The notes under the pieces: model-generated
The model's database searches: none
The model's input: only the letters and a program-made list of their open reading frames with translations
What the model was told of the DNA's origin: nothing
Part shown: one piece after another, positions 12,971 through 26,400 of the stretch
Layout of the letters: each line of letters starts with the position of its first letter
How positions within the stretch are numbered: the first letter of the stretch is position 1
Position numbers and translations under genes: made by a program
Assembly: GCA_973895155.1 (NCBI GenBank)
Contig: OZ316891.1
Location: 21,752,513 to 21,816,512 of the forward strand
DNA: 64,000 nt
Direction: 5' to 3'
DNA from: Marsupella aquatica
Lineage: Eukaryota; Plantae; Marchantiophyta

Positions 12971-15900
12971 TCATGAAGTTGATGCTGCCTCATCCTCTAA
13001 GCATCTATTCAAATTGTCTCTTGCTTTCATTGCATGACTTTTTGCTATTCTAACTAAGCCACTTTTGGCTGTGGTCCGTCCCTTGAAACACCATAGTACA
13101 GTGTTCACACTTATTGTCTCAGTGGAATACCCTGGATCACGTTCCCATTGTTGATTCCAACAATCTAACCACCGCTGTCGTGGCTCATATTCTGGCTGAC
13201 CACGTTTTCTTAGCATGTAAGGTCTATACCACTCCACAATACACACATGTTCAAGTTGATTGTTGGCATTCAACTCTCCTTCTTCCACATTACTAATCAC
13301 TTTGCCCAAATAAATTGGGTAAATATCTAGGTCAGCTGTGTCTGGCCGAACCAAGATATAATTATCTTTCATGATATCTACCCTTGGGTTAAAAGTTTCA
13401 TGAGGTTTGTCTTTCCTTGGTCCCACATACCCAATCTTTGCATCCAACTCACATGCCACATTGCGGTATTGCAAAGGAACACTATCTCTCCATTTTGACA
13501 TGGGCCAAAATCCATGAACCAAGTGTTCCTCTCCAGATCTATATTGCACCGCCTCTGTCTCCAAAGTATGGATAATTTGATTCCAGTATTGTATCAGTGC
13601 CACCCATCTACCCTTTCCTTCTTCTGAAGTAGTTCGATTGCAGACAAAATTAAAAAATTTCACTTGCTTATGTAGTCCTTGTCGCACCTCCTCTACCATG
13701 GCCATTTCTATCATTGGTAATCTTTTTGGTTCTCCTACGGGAAGTTTTGGACTATTATCATCCGTCCACGACCACATCTCAATACCTTCTCTTGGGAGCC
13801 AATCATCCTCTTGGCATTTCATTTTGTATTGAAGGCATGGCATACCATCATCACGCACATACAATCGAAATAGTCATGGTTGCAAATGCCCCACCAATGA
13901 GTCCCCTCCTTTAAGCAAGTATGGTTCCAAGTATGATTTAAAATTGGGCACCTCTTGCACGAAATGGGGAACTGGATGTGGAGTCCTTGCCCCCATTAAC
14001 AATGACATTAGATCTGCCAAAGAATAGGTTGGGTTACGCATTAAACTTTCAGAGAAATGGCCAAACATAGCATCAACATCCTCATGAGTATGTCCGACCA
14101 TGAGAAATCCCAGATGAATCTCTTCAAAAACATCTCTTGCCGTCAGTAGGGACAAATAACCCAACACATATCTGTTTTTGTTATCTCCTGCACAATTGTC
14201 AAGTTGTAACTTCAAAACTCTTGGAAGAGGCTTGAAGGTAGTAGACGCATCCAATGAGTGTGACTTCGCTGCAAAAATTTAAGAACCATATATATTAGGG
14301 TCAATAATTAATTTAGAGCCAAAACATTTTCATAGAGCCTACATATTTTCTTAGACATATAGAATAACCAATAATATACCATCATGGGCAACGATTTATG
14401 AACATAAACTCAAATGAACTATAGTTTCGAGTCTGAAATAAATAGTTAACGGTTCAAGCCATGGTTCTCACTAAGTTTTGCATACACTAACAACAAACCA
14501 TGGGTCACACTTTCAATAAGCTAGTTACAATGAACCATGGTTTGTGCTCTCAAATAAACTAACAATAAAAAATGGTTCATACTTTGAAATAAACTATCAA
14601 TGAACCATGGTTTGCACTTATCACATAAAATAACAAACAAGGATATATCCTAAGAAAATGACTCTCACATGAGCGAATAATAACAATCTTTATGTCAACT
14701 GACAATGAACTCTGGTTGACACCTTGGAAGGTCACATCACTTACAAAGGAAGCATGGTTGATACTGAATATGGCATAAAAATAACAACACTTATTTGCAT
14801 TGAAGTGAAATAATTACCTAGATTTGATATTTCGTCCTTAAATGCTTCACGAAGTTTTCCCTCCAATATAGGTCCTCGCCCCTCAAGCAAGTTTTCAAAT
14901 AGTTTTGTGGAATCTGGCCCTTCCACTAAAGATTTGATCATCGGTTCTGGATTTTCCAACATTCGAAGTATTGTGTCAAGTGAACCAATTGTGGCATTGG
15001 CATCAGGTGCCCACACTCCAACATTACATTGAGCAATAGCTTTTGGACCATGGCCATGAGTCAAAATACCAGTCAAGGTAATTGGAAGTTTAATCGCACC
15101 ATCCACTTCTTTCGGGCAAAAGGGCATCCTTGGTAGTGCAGTCTTACAATGATCCATTTTATCATGAATTATGCATAAGACCTGTTTTGGATTATCAACA
15201 GACTGGCGTCTCCAAGAGTGATATAATAATCTGCCTTCGGTATGATCACGATGATGAGCGATTTCATCCCTCTTTAAAATCTCAATCTCTTCTTTCACAC
15301 CGGTCAGATTTGCTTTCCGTTGCATCAACTCACTACAAGTTGTACACTTGGAAAAGTTATTGCCTTTCTTATGAATCGTCACTTCCTTGAAGTACTTTTG
15401 ATGTAAAATACTCAATGTGGACTGGGAGATTGGTTGAAGACCAAGCTCTAAATTTGTAGCATTGAGCTTGTTCCTAATACTTTCCCAAGTATAACTTGTA
15501 GGTAGCTCCTTTAAAACTTGTCGAGATTTGTCTGCAGTCGTCCTCATTTTTGCAGGATGAAGATCTGCGCACTCATCAATCAACCCATGCAATGACATAT
15601 AGGCTTGAGAAACTCGTTCAGTCATCCTTCTCTTTCCTTGGTTTCCATGATAAGCTATCCTCACCCCATTACCCACAGCCTTTCTGAGCTCATAGAATTG
15701 ACTTCGCCCTTTGGAGTGCAAAATCCTCCATGCCTCCAAGCATATTGCCTTCCCTTCAATGATGATTAGTTTTTCAGTATTAGATAGTTCCAATATATTG
15801 ACAATAGCATTGATCTCATACTCTTTTCGCATCTCAAATGATTTCTCCCAATAGTTCTCCCTAATCCCCCTTGCCACATGAGGGTCAAGAAGATGGCAGC

Positions 15901-16738
15901 ACCGACGAAGGCAACATTTCTGTTTTCTGATTTCCTCCACATCTTCTTTGGAAAGGGACTTGTCTTTCTTTGACAAAGAAAGAGAAGGTTGTTTTCTTTT
16001 TCTGGTTATTGGAATGTATGATCTCTTTCGACTTGAAGCATCTAGATCCTCCTCCTCTGCATCTACAAAAAATGAGGCTAATAGCCTTCCGTTACTTGTG
16101 ACGAGCCTATCCAATGGCCATGCCCTCAAACAATCTCTATGTTTCAGGTGATCATTGGTTGCACCTTGAATATATTCATCAATCAAGATTCCCACATGTG
16201 TATTTCGAAGAGTAGTATCTCCCAATGTCACTTCTGGATTAACAGCCATTACTCTTGCAATGGCAAAGGCAAAATGTGTTTCATCAAGTACTTTAACAAC
16301 CATTCCCATCCATAAACTTGTGGATGAAATTCGAAGAGGATTTCCACTAGATTCAACTCCATTCTCATTTGACCACTCCGGTTGGTTTCCTTGAGCTTCG
16401 TTCTCATTTGAGATCTCTGGTTGGCTGGTATCACTTCCATTGCTCGTTGAAGCTCCATTCTTGTATGAGGTATTAGGTAGGTATCCAGTAACCATTTCAA
16501 GTTGCTGAAGTTGACCTTTTTTCCAGACTAGAAAAGATCCTATCATGTCAGCCAAGCTTTCACCATGATCCCATTGAATTTCCCCATCAAATACTTCTTT
16601 CAAAGTAACAAGAACTTGAAGAGGAACATTATGGCAAATCCGAGATGGATCCACACTTTGAATGATACCCTTCGCAACCATTTTATTTGATATGCACAAA
16701 CCTACGGTTTCACCGACAATAATCCAAGATGTCGCCAT
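12971..16738 (-). pseudogene. Element A transposase, 2 exons (16738-14818, 14268-12971), ~1070 codons, one premature TGA at 13874-13876
   Basis: Putative triad IIHDKMD / LQLDNCAGDNKN / GHTHEDVD (41 residues between 2nd and 3rd Asp); Cys motifs CCLRRCC and FSKCTTC; splice CTAG|GT..AG|CG is in frame; the TGA aligns to Arg in the paralog at 62.2 kb. Confidence 0.88.
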
Positions 16739-18040
16739 TATTTTATCTGCACATTCAATCCAAATCAAAGTTAACCTCTGTTCCTAAGATATAGTTGTTG
16801 TTTTTTTCTCTGAATATACCCAAGGGACCGTATACTTTTTGTCTTAGTTTTCCAGACCTACTTTGTTTCCCTTGTTTCTCAATAGCCTTGAACTCTCGTG
16901 TAATTGTCTGAGATGAGTTGCCCTCACAACTAAGTTGGCAGGTTGTTACTTACCATTGAGTTCAAGAAGCATTGTGTACATTTGACCCAAAACCCTAAAC
17001 TACTACATACTTAAATGATGTCTTACCACAAGATGGCAACTGCAAACCATGGTTCGCTCCATTAATGAGAATATAAAAAAAGTACTAAGGCGTATAATTA
17101 CCATGACTATCTTTTATCATATTATAGATATGAAGTGTTTCTTATGGGGTGTTTTTATAGTATTGTCATCAAGAAACAGTGTTCAGGCTAGGTTTAAATT
17201 CACCATGAATGATACATGTTAAAACAAAAGCAAATCAGTATTACAAGAGAAAGTCATCTTGCATTATAATTGTTTGATGTATAATAATTCCATCAGTTTA
17301 GAATTCATAAGAAAGTCTTTATCAAATGTATTCTATTGGACTTATGTATGAGTTTCTCTTGACCAGAATGTAAACAATATTAAAGAGAGTTATAATCATA
17401 CTTAAGCAAAGCAGGAGACTGCGGTTCATGTATCATATAGATCATGTGACTATGAACCATGGTTTGTGGCCTTTGGTCATAGTCACATTTTTATTTTTCT
17501 AGCTAGGAGTATACTAGTCAGTTTGGTAATTTACTCCTAGTTTTAGATGATGCTGTTAAATAAGGCTCATTAATTCAAGGGCTACGTACCATGATTTGCA
17601 CTCACCTTTCATTTTCCCATCTACAAGTTGAGTTAGTTTGATATGGTTTGAACCATGGTTCGAAGTCACTTTTTACATGTAGGTGTAGAGTTGGTTCACT
17701 CCGAGTATTAGATAATTAATGCCATCAGATAAGCCTCTTACTAGGCACACGAACCATGGTTCATGGTCACTTTTTAAAGTTTTGATCATCTACTTGAAGT
17801 ATTAGAGGTTTCCTAGTCACCTCAGAAGTCATTTGTTTAAGAAAACCACAACATGACAAAGGTAGGGCTCATGTACCAACCACAAATACTTATCATAATA
17901 ACATTCTCCCACAAGTTATTTGGTGTTAAATCTAGGAGAAAGCACATACATATATGTTACTTTCATTCAAGTATCTTTGTTTGCTTATATGCGTTCAATT
18001 TTAAATTATGTATGTCAAGTAACCGTCACGCTAGTTAGTT

Positions 18041-19250
18041 TGTGAAAATCTACACTCAGGTAGATTATGATTGAAGTTGAACAGGTTAACAAAAGATTAA
18101 CCTCATCAAACATTAGAATGAATCGGATATATTACTCAGTTACAAATACAATCTACAATCTTAATGATTAAATTCTCACTTAAGTTCGAGTTAGGGAATG
18201 ATTCTTGAGTTCAAGATTCATATATATTATGAAGTGAATTGAGTTCACACATCACAATCTAATTCATCAATTCAATCTCTCATTCTAAGATTGAAGAAGA
18301 ACTAATGCAAAAAGGAAGAACTCGAATGGATGGTTACTTACAGTTTCAAGACACATACAGCTTGTATATCTTCTCTGCCACTCTAGACAGTTCACTCAAT
18401 CTTCATCAACAAATAACTCGTGCAGTCTCTTGCCAGTTCCTCTATAGTCGCACACTATGACTCTTTGATGAAGGCTGACTGTCTAATCTCCTCGATCGCT
18501 CTTCAATGTTAATCCCCGTGTTAATCTCTATCTCCTTGAACAATCTGTACTCTAAGAACTCCTCCCAGCTCTCCTCTTGAAGTATCCCCTCCCAGCACTT
18601 GAAGCACTCTCCTCGCAGCTTGAAGCGCTCTCCTCGTAGCTCTCCTGAATCAAAACCCTTTCCTAGTAAATGAACTCCATAGACGATCAAAACAGACTTA
18701 ACATTTTTGACTCCACAAGAGGATTCTAGAAGTTCGCATTTCAAAATGAAACTTTTGGGGGGAATTTTGAATTTTGACCTGGTTATGATTGCCTTGGCCT
18801 TCAGTAACTGATTCTCATGCCCAATCGATCTGATGCAAACTGATCATATCTTGTCTTGTAAATGCCCGGAGGTACCCTTCGAGCAGAGAAAAGTTTACAA
18901 GGCCTTGGCCGTAAAATTAATAAAATTTTCAATTATATGCTTGTAAATTGAAACAAATTTTTAACTTGCTATGGGGATCCTCACCTAATCTTTTAATTTG
19001 CACCCATTATACATTTACTACTAAGGTAACTTACTTCCTTTACGATTAAATTTACCATTTGTACTACCATAATTTATTTAACCTCATTTAATATTTTTAC
19101 TACCATCATTATTTAACCTACTAAGGTAACCTCATTCAATCTTTTTACTACCATAATTTATTTAAATTACTAAGGTAACCTGATTTGTTCTTTTTACTAC
19201 CATTATTTAATAGCCTATAACTAAGGGTAATACTCGCCTAAGATTTCACA
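18041..19250. mobile_element. Probable LTR-derived insertion inside element A
   Basis: TGTGAAAATC...GATTTCACA inverted termini and LTR-like composition; no TSD found. Confidence 0.35.
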
Positions 19251-20045
19251 ACACATATGAATTATCAGTCTTGTGCAACCATTATTTATTTGTACAATTA
19301 ACCCAAAGTCATCTTAGCTAATTTCTATGAAAAATACATGTTTTGGATCGCACGTGGTTCCTAAGATTTTTGATAGTCAACCCCCCGAGCATCTTAGGAT
19401 TAAGGACTGTTATCGATGTTTAGGCTTAAGGTTAAATAGAGTTAACCTAAGTAATGTTTAGGGTTCTAGGGTTTCATATTCAGGGTTCAGGGTTTAGGGT
19501 TTTTAAGGGTTTCAGCCTAAACCCTAACTAAACCCTAGCTAAACCCTATAACTAAGGCTAATACTCGCCTAAGATTTCACAACACATATGAATTATTAAA
19601 CCTACTCAGGTAAACACCCCTTAATCTTATTATATCTAAACCCTAAACCCCTAAACCCTAAATCTGATTATATATATTATGTGTTTAAACCCTAGGGTAA
19701 CCCTTGATCTCTTAATCCTTGTGCAACCATTATTAATTTAACTTACTACAAGGGCCTCTCTCAGTCTTGTGCAACCATTATTTATTTGTACAATTAACCC
19801 AAAGTCATCTTAGCTAATTTCTATGAAAAATACCTATTTCGGATCGCACGTGGTTCCTAAGATTTTTGATAGTCAACCCCCCGAGCATCTTAGGATTAAG
19901 GACTGTTATCAATGTTTAGGCTTAAGGTTAAATAGAGTTAACCTAAGTAATGTTTAGGGTTCTAGGGTTTTATGTTCAGGGTTCAGGGTTTAGGGTTTTT
20001 AAGGGTTTCAGCCTAAACCCTAACTAAACCCTAGCTAAACCCTAA
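19219..20045. repeat. Local tandem duplication (~290-330 bp) with TTTAGGG/CCCTAAA telomere-like motifs
   Basis: 19265-19547 is nearly identical to 19761-20043; each copy contains GGGTTCAGGGTTTAGGG followed by CCTAAACCCTAA. Confidence 0.9.
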
Positions 20046-22250
20046 AGCCCCTGAACAACCAAGTAGTCAAACCTCATTGTGGGCGCCCATGTGGTCTCTT
20101 GTGACATGTCCATTTCAAAATTCCGGGCCAATGGTTGTGCCAGATCCAAACCTAAACAAATACAAGGTCCATTTGTGTTTGTTGTGAAACTATTACAATT
20201 TATAATTTGTCTCGGGAACTCAGGGCCAAAGAGAATTCAAATTTAACGTACCAAATAAGAATGAGGAACTTTAAACCAACCATACTTTAAATTTCTTAGT
20301 TATTCTTTTTGAGTTTTCACTATGTTTATTTAGTTCTACTCGGGTACATTAGTATTCAAAGGCGCATTAAGAGAGTTTTGGCCATTATTTGCTGTGGGTC
20401 AAAAGCCCGTTTGGGTTGAGAGTTTTTATGTTGCAAATTGGGGTTGCTCAAGCTTTTGTTGAGATTCAACCATGTACTAATTATTGAAAAATGGTATAGT
20501 TAGCTAGGAGCACTATAAACCAACCATACTTTAAGTTAGTGGGTTCTTCTTATTGTGTTTTAACCATTCTTTGTAAGAGAGAGGCAGGTGGGTTTCGGGC
20601 ACCTAGTCGGATTCCTTTGCTTAACCCTCCTATGCAGTTTACGACTGAGCTTGACCAGGCTCTTCAGTATGTTGATAGGTAGGGTTTGGTTTTTGTGTGT
20701 CCTCTTATGCGGGAAACCCTGCCTGCTGTTAACCCTAAACTGATAAATGTTTTGGCCTTTTTTGTGTTCTCCCTTGATTGGGTTTTTGGCCTGTGGAATC
20801 TTGTCTCCCAGTTGGGCGCCTTCTGCTTTTGGCAGTTTGATATAAAAAATTAGTGCTATTAGCATATGTTGATATCCAAAGTATTTCAACCTTGCACATT
20901 TTCAACTGTTGAAAGAAGCAAAAATTATTGGTGACAAAATGTAAAAGATTAAGGTCCGGATTAAGGTCCAAGACAGTCCATTATTGATCAAAATGTTGTA
21001 TCAAACTATTCCCAGATGGATAATACATGATTAATATTTTGGATGAAGCTAGGAACTTGCAAATGACACTGTTCAAGTCTTGTCTTGATCATTTCATTGA
21101 TGGTCTCTTTTCTACTTGGCGAACCCTTTGTTTTCATGGACCTGGGGGAGAATGTAAAAGTAGATTAAGGGTCCAGGCATTATTGTAAGTGTCCGTTATT
21201 GCATTGTAAGTGTCCATTATTGTAAGTAGATAATTTGTGAGTGACTGTGGGAACTAAGCAAAGAGATAGCACTAGTCTAAACCCTAAAGCCCCTGATTCA
21301 AACCTTAACCTGGGGTTAGCCTTAGTCAAACCTCATTGTGGGCCCATGTGTGGGCCCTTGGGGCATGTCCATTTCAAAGTTCCGGGCCAATGGTTATGCC
21401 AGACCCAAACCTAAACAAATACAACTATGTGTGTTTTTTGTGAAACTACTACAATTTATAGTTTGTCCCGAGAACTCAGGGTCAAAGAGAATTCAAAACT
21501 AACGTGCCAAATAAGAAGGAGGAACTTTAAACCAACCATACTTTAAATTTCTTAGTTATTCTTTTTGAGTTTTCACTATGTTTATTTGGTTCTACTCGGG
21601 TACATTAGTATTCAAAGGCGCATTAAGAGAGTTTTTGGCCATTATTTGTTGTGGGTCAAAAGCCCGTTTGGGTTGAGAGTTTTTAAGGTGCAAATTGGGG
21701 TTGCTCAAGCTTTTGTTGAGATTCAACCATGTACTAATTATTGAAAAATGGTATAGTTAGCTAGGGGCACTATAAACCAACCATACTTTAAGTTAGTGGG
21801 TTCTTCTTATTGAGTTCTAACCATTCTTTGTAGGGGAGATGCAGGTGGGTTTCGAGCAACTAGTCGGATTCCCTTTCCTCCTAGTATGCAGTTTACTCGT
21901 GAGCTTGACCAGGCTCTTCAGTATGCGGATAGGTAGAATTTGGTTTTTGTGTCTCCTCTTGTGCGGGAAACCCTGCCTGGTGTTAACCCTAAACTGATAA
22001 ATGTTTTGGCCTTTTTTGTGTTCTCCCTTGATTGGGTTTTTGGCCTGTGGGATCGTGTCTCCCAGTTGGGCGCCTTCTGCTTTTGGCAGTTTGATGTAAA
22101 AATAAATTAGGGTGTGTTCATGGACCTGGGGGACCATGTAAAAGTAGATTAAGGGTCCATTATTGTAAGTGTCCATTATTGTAAGTAGATACTCTAATAA
22201 TTTGTGAATGTGGAAAGCAAGGAGATAGCACTAGTCTACACCCTAAACCC
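20035..22250. repeat. Direct duplication of a ~1 kb block
   Basis: 20035-21290 is repeated at 21280-22250 with an internal deletion; the ORFs at 20560-20889 and 21817-22176 are near-identical. Confidence 0.9.
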
Positions 22251-22436
22251 TTTTGATGGCTTTGATTAAAGCTGCTGTTGCATACCGTGAAGCTGGTAGA
22301 AAACAATTGAAGTCTTTTTCAAAACAAGTACTGTATAAAAATGGTAATTATGCAACAGCAGCTTTCGGCGAAGCAGGTTTAAGCAACACAGTCAAAAGGG
22401 TATGCAATAGCAGCTTTAATCAAAGCCATCAAAAGG
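22249..22436. mobile_element. Small MITE-like hairpin element, ~38-bp TIR
   Basis: CCTTTTGATGGCTTTGATTAAAGCTGCTGTTGCATACC versus GGTATGCAATAGCAGCTTTAATCAAAGCCATCAAAAGG. Confidence 0.8.
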
Positions 22437-23458
22437 ATAATTATGTAAGAGCAATGCCATGCCTAACGGCAAAAAAATGGAGTACAAGAGCAAGTCCCAG
22501 AGCAAGTTAGGATGGGTTTACCTCAAACTCCCTAGTAGAATAATCACAACTGAAGATACTTAGTTGAATCCGGGGTTGAATCCTGATATGTCTAGTTAAT
22601 CTGTACTAGAAATTGAGAACTCCAAGTTGTGTTGAATCAAATGGTTATACCTTGGTTCTTCAGCTGACCATAAACAATACGTTTGAAGACCATCGCATAG
22701 GAACCATCTACCACCCCTACAGAACCAAGATACATTAAGTTGTCAGATGAACTACTGCATTTTGATAAACCTTAAAAAGAACCTAGCTTTCTTATAATGT
22801 GACAAGCATACTACGGCTTAGAGAACAAATTTCTAACCACAACACTTCAAAATCCAGAATTAGACTCCTGGACCAACATGAAAAGATCTCACTGGACGAT
22901 CAATCTGTTAGGTAGAGACATAACTATTATCTCCAAGTTTCCCCATAAGTTCCACATAGTGATTAAGTCTTTACTTTGTTACTCTACTATATAGGTTTTG
23001 ACTCTCTGTTTTGGCTTTTTGTAAGTATGTGGTGTTGTGTTTGCAAATTGTTGTTGTGTTTGAATTTGGCATTGTGAGATGAAATCATAGTGCTCAGGGT
23101 CTCCAGGAGCATTACCAGGACGGAGCTCAAATGCATTGTACGTTCTCAATAATAGATTAACACTTGAAAAGTTTGAGGAAAACCCTGGGTAGTTGTGAAA
23201 ATAAGGGTATTTTGGTAGGAAGCACATCCATGAGGTTATAAATATCTCCTTAGGGATAGTTAGCTCAATGAATCTTTGTGTGACCAAAAGCTATTGGGAG
23301 ACAAGAAATATCCTTCAAGAGGGCCTCTTCTTTTGCTCAAAATTATATAATTTCCAAAATCTTGATATTATTTTTAAGAAACCAAGGGTCATAGTCAAAG
23401 AAGGGGAGTGTCATTTTTCTATTTGTCCACAAATCATTATGCAATTTGATCATGTAAA

Positions 23459-23486
23459 CCCTAAACCCTAAACCCTAAACCCTAAA
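23459..23486 (+). repeat. Interstitial plant telomere repeat (CCCTAAA)4
   Basis: Four perfect copies. Confidence 0.9.
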
Positions 23487-26400
23487 GTCACACATAATAA
23501 AAATTGAAATGATTGCCTAAAGTAAATGATTAGTCATGGGGATTAGGGGCAGTCTAGGGGTGGGGGCCCTGTGCCCGGGCCCTCACTCTATGTATATTAA
23601 GTATATCGTTGTTATATGTAAAAAATTAATTTCTGATAACGTTTTACACCCTTAGGTGCCTTATAAAACTGGTGAAATCTATATTTGAAAACCCATTCAG
23701 GAATTATAATTAGGAAAACCCAACATAGGGCTAGCATACCAGATACACAAGTATTCCAAACAAAAGGATGCATACAGTCACACATACAATTTATATAATT
23801 ATGTTTGAATGACCAGTTTGGCCAAACTGGTCCCCAAAACTGGTATAGGCTCTAAGACAAAAGATCTGGACCTTTCAAGACTTTGATCTGTGCACTCCCC
23901 ACAAAACTCTGAATCTGTCATACCAAAGCCTTTCCCAAACTTACCCCCTCACTAAACCCCCAAAACCCTTTTACCCCTGCTTTTACCTTAGGATAGGCGC
24001 ACCCATTAAAATGGAAATATAAGGATTTGCCACATATTGCAAAGAGACCTTGCCACATGGACCACTTATACAATGACGCATGGCACATACATTATAAGAC
24101 CCCTTCAGTCTGATTAATATGCCACCACTTTGGAAATATCTTTCTGACTTATAAACCCAAACTTGTATAAATTTGGAGGTTGGTTTGTTGTAATTTAATT
24201 ATAAAAATTAGTCGGAATGGGATTAAAAACACCCTTCAAGTGGGCAAGTTATACTCATTCCCCAAAGTTAGCTCAATGAACAATCTGAGTTGGGTTAAGT
24301 TTTATGAAATGAAAGAAGTATCCTCGAACTAAACAACTCTATGGCAAGCAGAAACAATTGCCAAACTCTTGAGAGTCTGCGTTATGTATTCCCATCATTC
24401 CCTAAGCGACCTGAGAAGTGACCTTGTTGTGACAGTTTCTATGAGGGTTTTATTTATGTCTTGTGGGTTAGCAATCACCAAAACCTGGAAAGGCCCAAGT
24501 TTGGAAGGTATTAGTCTCCACCCGACTGCCAGCCCGACTCTGCACCCCTAATACTTCTTGTACTTTGGAGTCAATTGTATTTATAATGACAAATTGAATA
24601 CTAAATTTTGATAGCATACCTCTTTGCAAATGAAACATAATCTTTATTCTTTCTTGATTCAGATAGGGTATGTTTGTCCGCATGCAGCAAACACAATATT
24701 TGTTTTTACTTGTTCTAGGAGGGAGACAGTGTCGGAGTCTTCTCTTTTATCATATGTGCTAAGTCAAGAATTTAACTAAGTTCTTTTATTATTCTTTTCT
24801 CTTTTGTCATGTAATGCAGTCATTGCGCTTTCATTCCTTTACTATTCACTTTTTAAAGATTCTTTCCTCCTTTTCAACTTAAAAAATAGTTTAGTCATTG
24901 CCCTCTTATCTGCTTACTGTTCATTCTTTTATAAAATCACATTTTTCTACTTTTCAAGTAAAAACGTCATGTTTGCGTCTTTTCACTCTAACTCTATTTA
25001 TTTTTTGCTTTCTTTGGCACATGACACTATTGTATGTAGTGAGGTACCCCCTCTTGGCCCTCCCTTGCCTTTGCCCATTGAACCACTATGTTCACGGTTA
25101 ACTAAGAGTTTTTCAGGTAATGAAAAGATATGTTACTCCTGACTCATTGGAGAGTCATTCATGTGACTGTGGTAAGTAAGTCAAAAGGATTTGATGATAA
25201 GTAGCATAAGGACATTACAATTTAGTTCTATACCTAAAGAACTCAATTGTGCCATGGCTTAAGTTATTTAATCTCATGGTGTACATTAATTTGCGCCAAA
25301 TATAATTAATATACCCTTTCCCCAAATGTGACCCATTGTTTATGACCAAATGTTGGGGATCAGTAAGTTGGACTACTGTTTTGTGTAAGAGGATGCACGG
25401 TTATATCAATGGGAACTTCCACGTAACAGTTGGCTCCATTATCTTCGATCAATGTCTAGTGCCGACCATCTGAACAACTTGTGCCAACTCAAGACTTTGA
25501 GGGAGGTTGGCACTAACCAATGCCACACTTTACAATGTCATATTTTTCAGTAGTGACACTAACCAATATGGCCTTGAACCATGTAAACCAATAAGGCATC
25601 TCAAAGTTTCAAATAATGTGTCTCAAAGTTGCTTACATACAGACATCACAAGTTATGGACAGGCGGGTGGACAGTTTATGGGCAGAACAAGTTATGAACT
25701 ACCGAAGTCATAATTTATCACTTTTTGCCATAACAATTGGATATATGTCTTGATCATAAGTGAATGAAGAGGTTACTGAAAAATAAAAAATAAACCTTTT
25801 GAATAATTAAGTTTGTGCAAAAGCTATGGCCAGCCATCCTCCGCTTTTCCTTATGGCCAAGCCAAATTTGATGGCAAGGGTTCCCTCCATTTCCTCTAAC
25901 TTGAATTAATGTCCCATTTTTCAGTGCATGTCTCCCGCTCATGTTTTGGGTGAAAAGTTCACATTGAGTGGATTTCTTGTGCGCACTGCTGTGTGAGTGC
26001 CTGCAAGGTAGGGCGTGCTAGGTCAAGTAGCAAGTATAGTGGGAGTTCAAAATCTGGAATTCGATCTTATGAGTAAGGTGAGTTGCGGGAAAGTTTGGAG
26101 CGTGAGCTACATCAAGTTAGTTTGCTAGGTCAAGTAGCAAGTATAGTGGGAGCTCAAAATCTGAAGGTCAATCTTGTGAGTTGCGGGAAAGTTTGGAGCG
26201 AGAGCTACATCAAGTTGTGCTTTGGTGGAAGTGCTGAGACCCTGAACTGTGAGTTGGAGCTGAAGAATGATTTGGACTCAACCGTGAGCTGGAGTTGAGC
26301 TAAGTTTTGGCAAGATGGAGCTGGAATACAGGACTGTGAGTCATTGCTGAGTGAGTGCTAGGACTGTGAGTAATCGCCGAGTGAGTGCTGCGCTGAGGTG

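Noticed and set aside
20560-22176. Two similar 109/119-aa ORFs
   Set aside because: The similarity comes from a local DNA duplication and no domain was recognised.
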